Below, piece after piece: positions 14,816 to 25,472 of a stretch of 64,000 bases of DNA (position 1 is the stretch's first letter; every line of letters starts with the position of its first letter). The notes below the pieces were generated by a model. That model did no database searches, was not told the DNA's origin, and saw only the letters and a program-made list of their open reading frames with translations. Made by a program: the position numbers and the translations under genes. Source of the stretch: Candidatus Acidiferrales bacterium (GTDB lineage: Bacteria; Acidobacteriota; Terriglobia; Acidiferrales; UBA7541); assembly GCA_963839315.1 (NCBI GenBank), contig CAWIUU010000024.1, forward strand, positions 129,631 through 193,630, in the 5' to 3' direction.

Positions 14816-15119
14816 AACATCTCTCCTTATTCTGTGGACTTCTCGGGAGGTGCGGGGTCGACACACCCAGATGGCCTGCGCGCCCTCCGGGGAGCAGACT
14901 TCCTCTTAAAAAGGCTACCATTCGCGCCGGTGGGAATCAACGCATTGAATTTTCATGGCTTAGAGTTGCAGCGAATGGACGGAATTTTGGCTTCGAATGG
15001 GCGCAATGGCCTGAGTATTTGGCCAGTGCGCAACCGTAGATCGCTTGGCGGAGATTAGTGATATCCTCACCGCGAACCGCGCGGCAAGAATTGGGAAATA
15101 CCGGATAACAAAGAATGGT

Positions 15120-15650
15120 ATGCGCCAAACGCAAGGCTATGCAGGACTGTGGACTTCTGGAGATCGGCGATCCGGGCAGCAATTCCACGCCGCGATCGAC
15201 ATGCTCGCCAACGCGATCGAAGCCTGTCCCGATTCCGTGTGGTTCGGCGAGGGGCGGAGCGCGTTTTGGTACCTGGCCTTTCATGTGCTCTTTTTCCTCG
15301 ATCTCTATCTCTCGGGAGAAGATGAATCCCGATTCCATCCGCCGCCTCCGTTCGGTCTCAGCGAGCTCGAGGACCAGGTTGTCCCGCCGCAGCGTGCCTA
15401 TGAAAAAGACGAACTGCTCGGCTACCTCGAGCACTGCCGCAGAAGGTTGGACCAGGTGATGGTCGGAATGACGGAATCCTGGGTTACGAATCCCTGCCCC
15501 ATCCCGTATCGCCAGATGAGCAACGGTGCACTGCTACTTTACAACATGCGGCACGTGCAACATCACGCCGCTCAACTGAACATGCTGCTGCGCCAGGCGA
15601 CAAATTCGGCGCCAGCCTGGGTTTCAAAGGGCGGTCAGAAAGAATCCTGA
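15120..15650 (+). CDS. DinB-family protein
   Basis: AIDMLANAIEACP, FWYLAFHVLF, YNMRHVQHHAAQL metal-binding His pattern. Confidence 0.8.
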   Translation: MRQTQGYAGLWTSGDRRSGQQFHAAIDMLANAIEACPDSVWFGEGRSAFWYLAFHVLFFLDLYLSGEDESRFHPPPPFGLSELEDQVVPPQRAYEKDELLGYLEHCRRRLDQVMVGMTESWVTNPCPIPYRQMSNGALLLYNMRHVQHHAAQLNMLLRQATNSAPAWVSKGGQKES

Positions 15651-15844
15651 CGCCCAATGGGAATGTGGTCTTGGTGCAAATCGCCGGGGCGCTCCCCCGC
15701 CCTGCTCCGCGGGCCATTTCCAAGACTGGAGCGATATTGCTTGATGTTTCGGGTGCGGTCCTTTCAGGCGCAAACGGCGCGCGGCTACGGATGACGGTGT
15801 GTTGTAGCGATCGAGCCGCGCACAGAATTTGTGCCGCACGAGAC

Positions 15845-17072
15845 TTATCCCTTCACGCAGACCACTTGTCGCAGCGTGTGCACGATTTCCACCAGATCCG
15901 TCTGCGCATCCATGACCGCATCGATTGATTTGTAGGCGGCAGGCGTTTCATCGATGACGTCGGCATCTTTCCGGCACTCCACGCCTTCGGTCATGCGCCT
16001 GTGGTCTTCGACCGTAAAACGCCGCTTGGCTTCTCCGCGAGACATGGCGCGGCCGGCGCCATGGCTGCAACTGCATGAAACTTTCAGGATTCCCTTTGCC
16101 GCGGACAATGTACGACCGCGCGCCCATGCTGCCGGGAATGATGCCCATGTCGCCCTCTTGTGCGCGCACCGCGCCTTTTCGCGTGACAAGAATGTTCTGT
16201 CCGTAGTGCCGTTCGCGCGCAACATAGTTGTGATGGCAGTTGATCGCCTGCACATGCGCGGTGAACGGGCGAACTTCGCCGGAATCCCGCACCGCTGCCG
16301 ATGATCTGCTCCATCATCAGGTCGCGATTCGTGCGCGCAAAATCCTGCGCCCATTCCACCGCTTCCACGTAATCGTCAAAATGCTCGGTTCCATCTTCGA
16401 GATAGGCGAGATCTTTGTCTGGCAGGTTGCCGACCAGTCGGCCCATGTCGTTCTTGGCAAGCTCGATGAAGTAGCTGCCCATGCGATTGCCCACGCCGCG
16501 CGATCCACTGTGGAGCATGAACCAGACCATCTCCGATTCGTCCAGGCACACCTCGATGAAATGATTGCCCGTGCCGAGCGTGCCGAGATGATTGGAATGA
16601 TTGCCGCGATCGAGCTTCGGATGTTTCTCGAGAATGGCGTCGTAGCGCGGCTTGAGCTTTTCTCCCCAGGCATTCAGAGTTGCGCTCTGGAATTTCGCGC
16701 CACGAACCTTTGTCACCTACCGCCACCATGATTCGTGCGTCCATGCGGCACAGCTTCTTCGATAGCGGTGCGGATGGCGTGGAGATTATCGGGCAAATCA
16801 CGCGCGTTCAGGTCGGTCTGCACCGCCATCATGCCGCAACCGATGTCTACGCCAACAGCCGCGGGAATGATCGCACCTTTCGTTGGGATTACGCTGCCCA
16901 CCGTCGCGCCAATCCCCCAATGCACGTCCGGCATGGCGGCAACCCATTTAAAGATGAAGGGAAGTTGCGAGACGTTTAATAGTTGCTTCCGCGCCGCGTC
17001 CTCCAGCGGAACACCTTTTACCCACGCCTTGATCGGCACGCCCTGTTCGGATTTAAGTGTCTGATAGCTCAT
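15845..17072 (-). CDS. rtcB: RNA ligase RtcB (frameshifted)
   Basis: MPDVHWGIGATVG, GVDIGCGM, LGTLGTGNHF, LHSGSRG, NCHHNY, TRKGA, IPGSMG, SHGAGR, DETPAAYK. Confidence 0.95.
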
Positions 17073-17164
17073 GGATACGAGAATAGCACTGTATTGGGGA
17101 CTCCCACCCCCGCAGATGGCAGGCTTCGAGATGGCTTAACGACGCAATCGCGAACTCGGCATCA

Positions 17165-18323
17165 CTAGGCGTCGTCGGTTTCGTCGTCAGGTTGGAATCA
17201 GCTTGCCCTTGGTTTTCTTGGCCATCAGGTAGGAGCGAATGAACGGATCGATGTCGCCATCGAGAACCTTGTCGACGTCGCCAACACGAAAACTTCGTGC
17301 GGTGATCTTTGATCAGGCGATAAGGCTGCATGACGTACGAGCGAATCTGGCTGCCGAAGGAAATATCCAGCTTTGGATTCGTCGAGCTTGTCGGTTTCAT
17401 CGCGGCGTTTCTGCATTTCCAGATCGTAAAGTTTGGAACGCAACATCTTCATCGCCGTTCTCGCGATTCTTATGCTGGCTGCGTCCGGCCTGGCACGCGA
17501 CGATGATGCCGGTGGGAAAGTGGGTTAGGCGCACGGCGGTTTCCACTTTGTTGACGTTCTGCCCGCCCTTGCCGCCCGAACGGAACGTATCCAGCTTGAT
17601 ATCTTCCGGCTTGATATTCACTTCGATGCGGTCGTCGATTTCCGGAATGACAAAAACGGAAGCGAAGGAAGTATGTCGCCGCGCTGCCTGATCAAAAGGC
17701 GAAATGCGCACAAGGCGATGAACGCCTGTCTCGCCAGTCAGCAATCCGTAGGCGTTTTCGCCGCTGAACTGAACCGTGGCATTCTTGATGCCCGCTTCTT
17801 CACCGGGTGTTTCATCCAGAACTTCGGCGTTGAATCCCTTTCGTTCTGCCCAGCGCAGATACATGCGGAGCAGAATCGACGCCCAGTCTTGCGACTCCGT
17901 GCCGCCGGCGCCGGGCTTAATGGTCATGATGGCGTTCAGATGATCGTTTTCACCGGAAAGAAGGGTTTGCGTTTCGAGTTCGCCGATATAGGTGTCCGCC
18001 GCTGTCAGTTCGCGGCTGAGATCCTTCAGCAAATCTTCTTTTTGTTCGGCGTTCGTTTCGCCCTTGGCGAGTTCAATATAGGTTTCGATGTCGCTGGTTA
18101 ACGAACGCAGCTTTTCGTCGGCGGCAATCGGGGCTTCCGCACGCTTGCGTTCGCGCAAGACGTTTGCGCTTCTTCCTGATTGTTCCAGAAATTGGGGTCG
18201 GAAGTGCGTTGTTCCAGTGACTTCAGGCGAGCGCGGTTTTGCGCACCGTCAAAGATAACTCCGCACGAGCGCGAGGCGCTGTTTCAATCCTTCATACTGG
18301 TGCTGCAGATCTTCGAGAACCAT
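17165..18323 (-). CDS. prfB: peptide chain release factor 2 with programmed +1 frameshift (plus extra indels)
   Basis: First [27 protein letters not shown] then CTT-TGA-C; [13 protein letters not shown] anticodon-mimic and GGQ motifs. Confidence 0.95.
18248..18263 (-). promoter_or_regulatory. prfB programmed +1 frameshift site
   Basis: Minus strand CGGAGT-TAT-CTT-TGA-C: SD-like element plus CTTTGAC at codon ~24, the canonical RF2 autoregulation site. Confidence 0.92.
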
Positions 18324-18360
18324 GGAGTATGGTGCATGGCCCGCGCGTTACCGGGCGGGC

Positions 18361-19968
18361 TTATTTTCCCTTTCGCAATGTGAGTATAAACAGAATAGCG
18401 GAAACCACGACGCACATCCAGGCGAACCAATCGCCAAAGCGCGTGTAAATGGTCTTGTCGGTGCGAAAATCGTAGAGACAGGTCGGCGGAATCACGCACA
18501 TCGCGCTTCATAACGCGCTCGACATTGCCATAGGGATCGATGGAAGCGGAAATGCCGCTATTGGTGTCGCGAACAATCCAGCGGCGATTTTCGACAGCGC
18601 GAACGCGCACCATGCGCAAATGCTGTTCGGCGGCATCGGAGGTGCCAAACCATCCATCATTGGAAATATTGATGAGCAACTGCGCGCCGCGATTGGCAAA
18701 CTGCCGCACTTCCCTTGCGTAAATAGCCTCGTAGCAGATGAATACGGAAAACGTGTCGCCGTTCGGAAAGTCTGCCGACATTGCGCTCGGTTCCCTTTCG
18801 GAAACCTCCCACCTCTTCGGAAACGCTGGTGACGACCTGATGGATCAGGGGAAACGGCTCGTATTCGCCGAACGGCACAAGATGAATCTTGTCGTAGGAA
18901 AATATGCGCTGGCCAAGTTCGTTGATGGCATGCGGCGCTGTTGTAGGGCGCCACGCCAGTGCGCGTCACCCCATTGATCTTTACTGGCTCTGGCTTCCAC
19001 TCGATCACGCCGACAATCAAGGGATGGCGGAACTCCTGCGCGATGCGGGTGATCACCGGCCCGAAGTGAGGGTCCTGAAACGAAAATGGCGCGGGCGCTT
19101 CCGGCCAAATCAAAAGATCCGGCTGGCGGCCATCGGGCGAAGGGCGCAAGCTCAATTGCTCCAGATCCGCCATATCTGCTTTGTGTTCGGAATACCAATC
19201 GCCCACATATTGAAGGTTTTCCGGGAAATTCGGCTGCACGACGCGCGCAATGTGGTGCGCCTGAGCTTTCGGCACGAATCGCGGACCAATGACGATTACG
19301 AGCAAGCATTGCCAGCGTTATAGTGGCGACGATGCCCCAACGCTTATTGCGCTCAACCGGAGTTGTGCTGAAGTCGCTCCACAAAAGCAGAGCGTTAAAT
19401 GCGGCGACCAGAAATGAGACGCCATAGATTCCGGTGACCGTCGTTAGTTGCACGAGTGCCGGATTTCCCGCTGCTGGGTATCCCAGCAGCGACCAGGCAA
19501 AACTGATCTCCGGCAGATAGGTGCGAAAGACTTCCGTGGAAATCCAGAGGAACGGCGCACCGAGAAGTGCCAGCGCAATGCTGCGCAGCGACAATCGCTG
19601 CACGATCCAGGCAAACAGTCCAATGGCCGCGGCCCATACCGTGGCAATCAGAAGCAAAACGCCCCAGCCTGCTGCAGTCGACATGCCGCCATGCACCGAC
19701 AGGGTTTCCGCGATCCATGGCACACACGTCACAACAAACATCAGGCCATGCAGAAATCCGCAGCCGAAGGCCACGCGCGCCCGCGAGCCGAATATGCTGG
19801 CCAGCAACAGCGTGCAGGCAGAACCAGGAGAAAATGCTCGGGTGAGCTCCACGATAGGAGAGGGATAGCAAGGTGCCGCTGAGACGCAGCCAAGCCTAGC
19901 CTAGCCAGCGAAGGAATTTCCGGGGAGCGGTGGGGCCGCAGATAGAAATGCCAGGGGAGCGATGGCAT
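18361..19968 (-). CDS. lnt: apolipoprotein N-acyltransferase (frameshifted)
   Basis: Multi-TM N-terminus, VQPN, IWPEA, PFGEY, ICYE, NISNDGWFG, RAVENRR. Confidence 0.92.
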
Positions 19969-20660
19969 CAGTGCTTTACGTAGAAGGCCTTAAAACCTGC
20001 GTCCTCCAGGCCCTTCTTCGCGGCATCGGCCGATTTTCTGATCCTTATAGGGGCCCACTTGCACACGGTAGAATTTGTCTTTTTGTGGCGAAAGCACGGT
20101 GGCCGGGAAATGCTTCTTCTGCAAACTACTGGCGATAGAAATCGCGTCGTCCTGTCGGCTGACCGCAGCCACCTGCAGAAGAATTGAGCCGCCCGGAATC
20201 AATGGCGCCGCTGAGACGGGTTTGCTGTTCTTCACCGGAACTGGGGCTGCCGCCGGTTCGACTCTCGCCCGGTCGTTCAACGGTTTTGCGGCAGGTGCAC
20301 TGGCCAGGGGTTTGGGAGCAGGTTCGAGGCGCGGCTCGGGCTTCGCCGGAGTGCTGTTGTTATAGAACTCCCAGTCCGACTTATTAGCCGTTGTGGCGGG
20401 ATCAGATTCGCTATCAGCGGGCTCGGCGGCGACGGGGGATTTTCTTCGAGGTGGATTCGCTCTTAGGATGAGACGACCGATTCAGGAGTACGTGAATTCG
20501 TCGTAGCCGCGCGCACCTGGCCATCGTACTGATTGCGACCCATGACGTAGCCGAGCGTGAAAAATACGCCGGAGAAAAGCAGCATCAGCAAAAACAGGCC
20601 AATGACATGCTTCCCTTCAAGCACACGCTCGCTCGCGCTTTTTCTTCCCCCAGAAGCCAT
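19968..20660 (-). CDS. SPOR-domain membrane protein (frameshifted)
   Basis: N-terminal TM (VFFTLGYVMG), Pro-rich linker, C-terminal LQVAA..YRVQVGPY SPOR motif. Confidence 0.85.
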
Positions 20661-20662
20661 AC

Positions 20663-21436
20663 CTACTTATTCGCCCCCCCTAACGCCTGTGTCCACTTAT
20701 TTATAATATCGATTGGAAGCGGAAAGACAATCGTTGTGTTCTTTTCGACACCTATCTCGGTCAGGGTCTGCAGATAGCGCAACTGGATGGCGGAGGGTTC
20801 CGTTTCCAGAACCTTCGCGGCATCGGCTAGTTTTTGCGAGGCTTCGAACTCACCCTGGGCATGAATCACCTTGGCGCGGCGCTCGCGTTCGGCTTCAGCT
20901 TGCTTGGCGATGGCGCGTTGCATAGATTCGGGGATATCCACTTGCTTTACCTCAACCTTGCTGACCTTGATGCCCCAGGGCTCGGTGTCCTGGTCGAGAA
21001 TGATCTGCAATTTCGCGTTCACCTTATCGCGCTGAGAGAGAATTTCGTCGAGTTCGAACTGGCCAACAATGCTGCGCAGGGTGGTCTGGGCAAGCTGCGA
21101 GGTTGCGTATTGATAATTCTGGACCTGGGACATGGCCAGGTTGGCGTCCACCACGCGGAAGTAGCAAACCGCGTTGACTTTCACCGAAACGTTGTCGCGT
21201 GTGATGATATCCTGCGGCGGAACGTCGAGGGTTTCCAGGCGCATGTTGATGCGATAGAGCGTTTCGATGGGCCAGAAAACCAGTCTCACGCCGGCGGTCT
21301 TTGCCTCAGGTAGCAAGCGCCCGAGGCGTAATACTACACCGCGCTCCCATTCCTTGATGATGTAAAGTGAGTTCCAGACCCAGATCAGGATAATTCCTAT
21401 GACGAACAGCAGTCCAATACCGCCGACTTGAAACAT
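20663..21436 (-). CDS. slipin/stomatin (SPFH) family protein
   Basis: ERGVVLRLG, ITRDNVSVKVNAV, AQTTLRS, QAEAERERRAK, LRYLQTL. Confidence 0.95.
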   Translation of the reverse strand: MFQVGGIGLLFVIGIILIWVWNSLYIIKEWERGVVLRLGRLLPEAKTAGVRLVFWPIETLYRINMRLETLDVPPQDIITRDNVSVKVNAVCYFRVVDANLAMSQVQNYQYATSQLAQTTLRSIVGQFELDEILSQRDKVNAKLQIILDQDTEPWGIKVSKVEVKQVDIPESMQRAIAKQAEAERERRAKVIHAQGEFEASQKLADAAKVLETEPSAIQLRYLQTLTEIGVEKNTTIVFPLPIDIINKWTQALGGANK

Positions 21437-21469
21437 TTCGGTCCTCCTGTAACTCTCAATTGAAAATCT

Positions 21470-22852
21470 CTACCTGGTGATGGTTGCGGTCGTTGCTACG
21501 GGCTCGACCTCCAGCTTCAAACCATCCACACGAAGCACACGGACCTTCGTTCCTTCCTGCACGAATTCTTTTGCGATAGCCCGCCACAATTCTCCGTGGA
21601 CGCGGATCATTCCCTCGCCCCCAGCAGGCAGTGCGATCGTCGCGACTCCTTCCGCACCAAGCAATTCTTCCTTACCAGTGGCGTTCTTCCATTTGCGCGA
21701 TTTCAGGACCAATCGCATCAGAAACACGGTGATAAAAGCAAAAGGAATTGTGGCGGCCAGCGCCACTCCCACGCTAACACCGCCAGGAGTCAGCGGGGAA
21801 CGAATCAGGAACATGGTTCCCAAAAGCATGGAAACGATGCCACCGAACAGCAAAACCCCGTGGCTTGCAAATTTCGCTTCCAGGATGAAGAGGGTCACGG
21901 CGAGCAAGATGAGAAGTACTCCCGCAAAATTGACGGGCAGCAACTGCATCGCGTACAAAGCCAATACCGCACAAATCCCACCGATGACGCCCGGGGCAAT
22001 CACACCGGGATGAGTGAATTCGGTGTACAAGCCGAGCACCCCAACGATGAGCAGGATGAAGAATACGTCGGGTTCGACGATCCTGGCGAGGAACTTCTGC
22101 CGGGCGGAAAGCTCAAATTCGGCGCGAGTGTAATGATCCAGGGACAGCTTCGTTGTTTTGCCGTTGAAGCGGGTAATTTCCCGCCCGTTCAGTTCGCGCA
22201 AGAGTTCGTCCTTATCACTTACGATGAGGTCGATCAGGTGCGCATCGAGAGCTTCTTTCGCCGTGAACGCCCGTGCCTCAGTAACCGCAGTTTCCGCAAG
22301 CTTCGGGTTACGGCCGCGTTTTTCGGTGAAGCTGCGGAGAAAAGCGGTGGCATCGTTGTTCAGTTTTCGGCGCAAAACTTCGTCCACAGGCATGTTGAAC
22401 ATGCCGGGCATGAGTATCGGCGTGGAAGCACCGGCGTGCGTGCCAGGGGCCATTGCTGCGACGTCCGCGGAGAGGAGGATAAAGAAACCCGCTGAAGCTC
22501 CGCGCGCCCCGTCTGGCGCTATGAGTACCGCGACGGGTACGGGCGAATCCAGAATGTGGTGAATGATGTCGGTCATGGAGTCGCTCAGCCCGCCGGGGGT
22601 GTCCATGGTGATCAGAACGAGGTCAGCATTGCGCTTCGCCGCGTCCGCGAGACCTTCATCGATGTACGTTGCCAGGATCGGCTCGACGGTTCCAGCAAGC
22701 TTCAATTCGAGAACCAGAGGAGTGGCTTGCTTCTCCGCGGCCGCAGTCGCGGATTGCGAAAGAAGACCCAAGGCGGCAAACGCGGCGCAACAGATCGCCA
22801 GAACTAGACCGGCCCAGATACGGACTCTCCACTCAGTTCCACGAGTGATCAT
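21470..22852 (-). CDS. NfeD-family membrane-bound serine protease
   Basis: DTPGG, ASAG, AMAPGT, TM bundle, C-terminal GELWRA OB domain; adjacent to stomatin. Confidence 0.93.
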   Translation of the reverse strand: MITRGTEWRVRIWAGLVLAICCAAFAALGLLSQSATAAAEKQATPLVLELKLAGTVEPILATYIDEGLADAAKRNADLVLITMDTPGGLSDSMTDIIHHILDSPVPVAVLIAPDGARGASAGFFILLSADVAAMAPGTHAGASTPILMPGMFNMPVDEVLRRKLNNDATAFLRSFTEKRGRNPKLAETAVTEARAFTAKEALDAHLIDLIVSDKDELLRELNGREITRFNGKTTKLSLDHYTRAEFELSARQKFLARIVEPDVFFILLIVGVLGLYTEFTHPGVIAPGVIGGICAVLALYAMQLLPVNFAGVLLILLAVTLFILEAKFASHGVLLFGGIVSMLLGTMFLIRSPLTPGGVSVGVALAATIPFAFITVFLMRLVLKSRKWKNATGKEELLGAEGVATIALPAGGEGMIRVHGELWRAIAKEFVQEGTKVRVLRVDGLKLEVEPVATTATITR

Positions 22853-24588
22853 TTTGTACCTCCCGTGGGATTGTTCTTTCCTAGATGATCAAGCAGTTCT
22901 TTCGCGCCGGCATAGTTTGGCGCCAACTTGACGGCTTTTTCCACTTCCGCGCGTGCCAAATCCGGTTTCTTTTGCTCCAAATAAATCCGTGCGAGCATGG
23001 TGCGCTCAATGGCGGAATCGCGCTCGGCCAACGAAAGTTGCAATTCCTTCACCGCTTCGTCCAACTTTCCCTGACGCCGATAGATGTCCGCAAGTTCGCG
23101 GTGAGCGGAAGCGTTCTTGGGGTCAGCGACGATCACGGCGCGAAATTCCTGTTCCGCAGTATTCAGATGGCCGGCTGCAAGTTCCTGTCTCCCCAGCCGA
23201 AGGTGGGCTGTGGGTGAAATCTTTGGAGCGGAGCTATTCATTGCCGCGGAAGTGCGCACCGAGGGATTTTCCAATTCCAAAAGGAGAGTTGTAGTATCCA
23301 GTTCCTTGATCACCCGTTCATATTTCAGCAAGCTGTCACCCCTGGCATCGAGCATGATCGCAGGCGGTCCCTTCTCGCCAAGTGCTTCCAGGGCATTGCT
23401 GCGCTCCTGATCAGCTTCTGCGTTTTTTCCTGCTTTCTGTAGGCAATAGATCAAAAAGGCGAGGTCTTCCGGGTTATCGGGCTCGCGGCGTACGGCTTCG
23501 CGAAAATGAGCGGTAGCGATGGGCAATTCGTTCTGACGCAGGGCAAGTAAACCGAGATTAAAGGGGTAATCATCCTCGTCGGGATCGAGATCCCTGGCAC
23601 GGCCAAGAGTCGTTTGCGCAGAAACAAGATTGCCTTGTTGCGCAAGCGCGAGCGCCAGATTATTCAGGATTTCCGGTAAATCTCCTCCACTTACCAAGCT
23701 ACGTTTCAGCCCATCTTGCAATGACGCAAACACTTCTTCCGCTTTATCAGCCTGGCCGAGAAGAAGACGGCACACGCCAATCGAGAAGAGCGCTTCCACG
23801 CTGCGAGCATTTGTCGTTGGGACGCGAGCAAGCCAGGGCAAAGCGGAATTGCAATCGTTGCGGCCAAAGTAGACCTGGCCGATGGCGAAAGGGGGATCAG
23901 GCCACGCGGGCTCCAGTCTGGCGGCCTCTTTCAAATCACGCAGACGCACATCGTCGTCGTTGGCCAGCAAACCTCGAATATATTGCTCGAGCGCGGCGAG
24001 ACTGGGCAGTTGCTGCAATTTGGAAAATTCCACTAAGCTTAAGGGATAGCTGCGATCGGTGGCAATCAGGAGGTGCCAGATGATTCGGGTGTGTAACTCC
24101 ATCAGCGATTCCAAGGAACCACGCTCCACGACATTGGCCAGGAGTGCCGGCGGATTAATGCGCATCACGCGTGCATTCACGGAGAGGGTTTTGCCGTCAG
24201 AAGCAAAGCTTCCAAAGACCGCGTAATCCGCATCCATCTCCTGAGCGATATGCAGCATGGAGGCACGACTGAGTTTTGCGGAATCGGGGAGCCCGTAACG
24301 ATCCATCTCATTGACGCGTCCCGAGTGCGAATACACCTGAAACCCAGCATGGGAAAGCCGTTGGATTGTCAGTTCCTCAAGTCCCTCGCCAATCCAGTCA
24401 ATGCGGGGCGGCGCACCAGCGTTTTCAAAAGGAAAAACGAGGTAGACGGGTTCGAGGGAATAGTTCAGAGGCGCCGTTGAAGTGTGCGAAGCGGATTGTT
24501 GAGCGGCAAGTTGTGCCGTCAAGAAGCAAAAAATACCCGCAAGAAGGATTGGAGAAGCTATGCGGAACCATGGCGGCCGCTTATTCAT
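22849..24588 (-). CDS. exported TPR protein with a TolB-N-like N-terminal domain
   Basis: Signal peptide, LVFPFEN motif, multiple TPR-like repeats; stop overlaps the NfeD start. Confidence 0.8.
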   Translation of the reverse strand: MNKRPPWFRIASPILLAGIFCFLTAQLAAQQSASHTSTAPLNYSLEPVYLVFPFENAGAPPRIDWIGEGLEELTIQRLSHAGFQVYSHSGRVNEMDRYGLPDSAKLSRASMLHIAQEMDADYAVFGSFASDGKTLSVNARVMRINPPALLANVVERGSLESLMELHTRIIWHLLIATDRSYPLSLVEFSKLQQLPSLAALEQYIRGLLANDDDVRLRDLKEAARLEPAWPDPPFAIGQVYFGRNDCNSALPWLARVPTTNARSVEALFSIGVCRLLLGQADKAEEVFASLQDGLKRSLVSGGDLPEILNNLALALAQQGNLVSAQTTLGRARDLDPDEDDYPFNLGLLALRQNELPIATAHFREAVRREPDNPEDLAFLIYCLQKAGKNAEADQERSNALEALGEKGPPAIMLDARGDSLLKYERVIKELDTTTLLLELENPSVRTSAAMNSSAPKISPTAHLRLGRQELAAGHLNTAEQEFRAVIVADPKNASAHRELADIYRRQGKLDEAVKELQLSLAERDSAIERTMLARIYLEQKKPDLARAEVEKAVKLAPNYAGAKELLDHLGKNNPTGGTK

Positions 24589-24665
24589 CTGGTAAGTATT
24601 CTAGCAGACGCGCCGCCCCAAGAGGCTATCGGCAGCGCGAGTTCCTAGGGCCAGCAGGAAATCAA

Positions 24666-25472
24666 TCAAGGTTGCGCTGTTTCAGGCGGTTTGGAGTCCA
24701 AGACTTCCTGAACCGCTGGATCCTTCAGCACCGCGGCAAAAGAAGGGTCGGTTTTCGCGGCGGCGTAGTCTTTGTACCCCTCGTCTTTCGCTTTCTTCAG
24801 GTAGATGACGCAACGCTCCACATTACCCGCTTCTGCAAACGATTTCGCAAGCAAAAAGTAAAATTTGCCGCGGTCGGTGTTGAGGGAACGGTCCTGGATG
24901 ACAGTGCCCATGCGTGCGCGGGTATTATCAAAGGCCGCGGGATCGATCTGAAGGGCTTTACGGAAAGAGGCGATGGAATCGTCGTAGTTTTGCTGGCCGA
25001 AGTAGGCAAAACCCAGATTCATATAGAAAGCCGCGAAATCGTCGCGAACGAGAATCGCCTTTTTATAGGCACGGATGGCCTTGGGATATTTTTTCCGCTC
25101 GTACCATATCGTACCGATATTGTTCTGGGCATCGGAATAATGCGGGTCCAGCTTGACCGATTTTTCGTAGCACTTCAGCGCAGGGCCGAGTTCGGCTTGA
25201 TTTTGATAGGTAATGCCAAGCTCATTCCAATAGACAGCATTCTTTGGCTGCTCGTGCGTCAGTCTGCGAAAGATTACCTCCGCCTCCTGGTATTGCTTGC
25301 GCACCAGCATCAGCCGGGCAGTCTGTTCGTCAGTAAGTGGGGGAGAGGCCGGCGTTGCCGCGGGCGCAGCCTGCGTCTGCGGAGTATCTTGATTAGATTG
25401 GGCATAGGTAGGAAACAACGGAGCGATAGCGAGGACAAACACGGCTGGAATCGCCAAACAATACTTGTTCAT
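24666..25472 (-). CDS. exported TPR protein
   Basis: Signal peptide, repeated TPR (YWNELG, AQNNIG, YMNLG); start overlaps the PBP stop. Confidence 0.85.
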   Translation of the reverse strand: MNKYCLAIPAVFVLAIAPLFPTYAQSNQDTPQTQAAPAATPASPPLTDEQTARLMLVRKQYQEAEVIFRRLTHEQPKNAVYWNELGITYQNQAELGPALKCYEKSVKLDPHYSDAQNNIGTIWYERKKYPKAIRAYKKAILVRDDFAAFYMNLGFAYFGQQNYDDSIASFRKALQIDPAAFDNTRARMGTVIQDRSLNTDRGKFYFLLAKSFAEAGNVERCVIYLKKAKDEGYKDYAAAKTDPSFAAVLKDPAVQEVLDSKPPETAQP

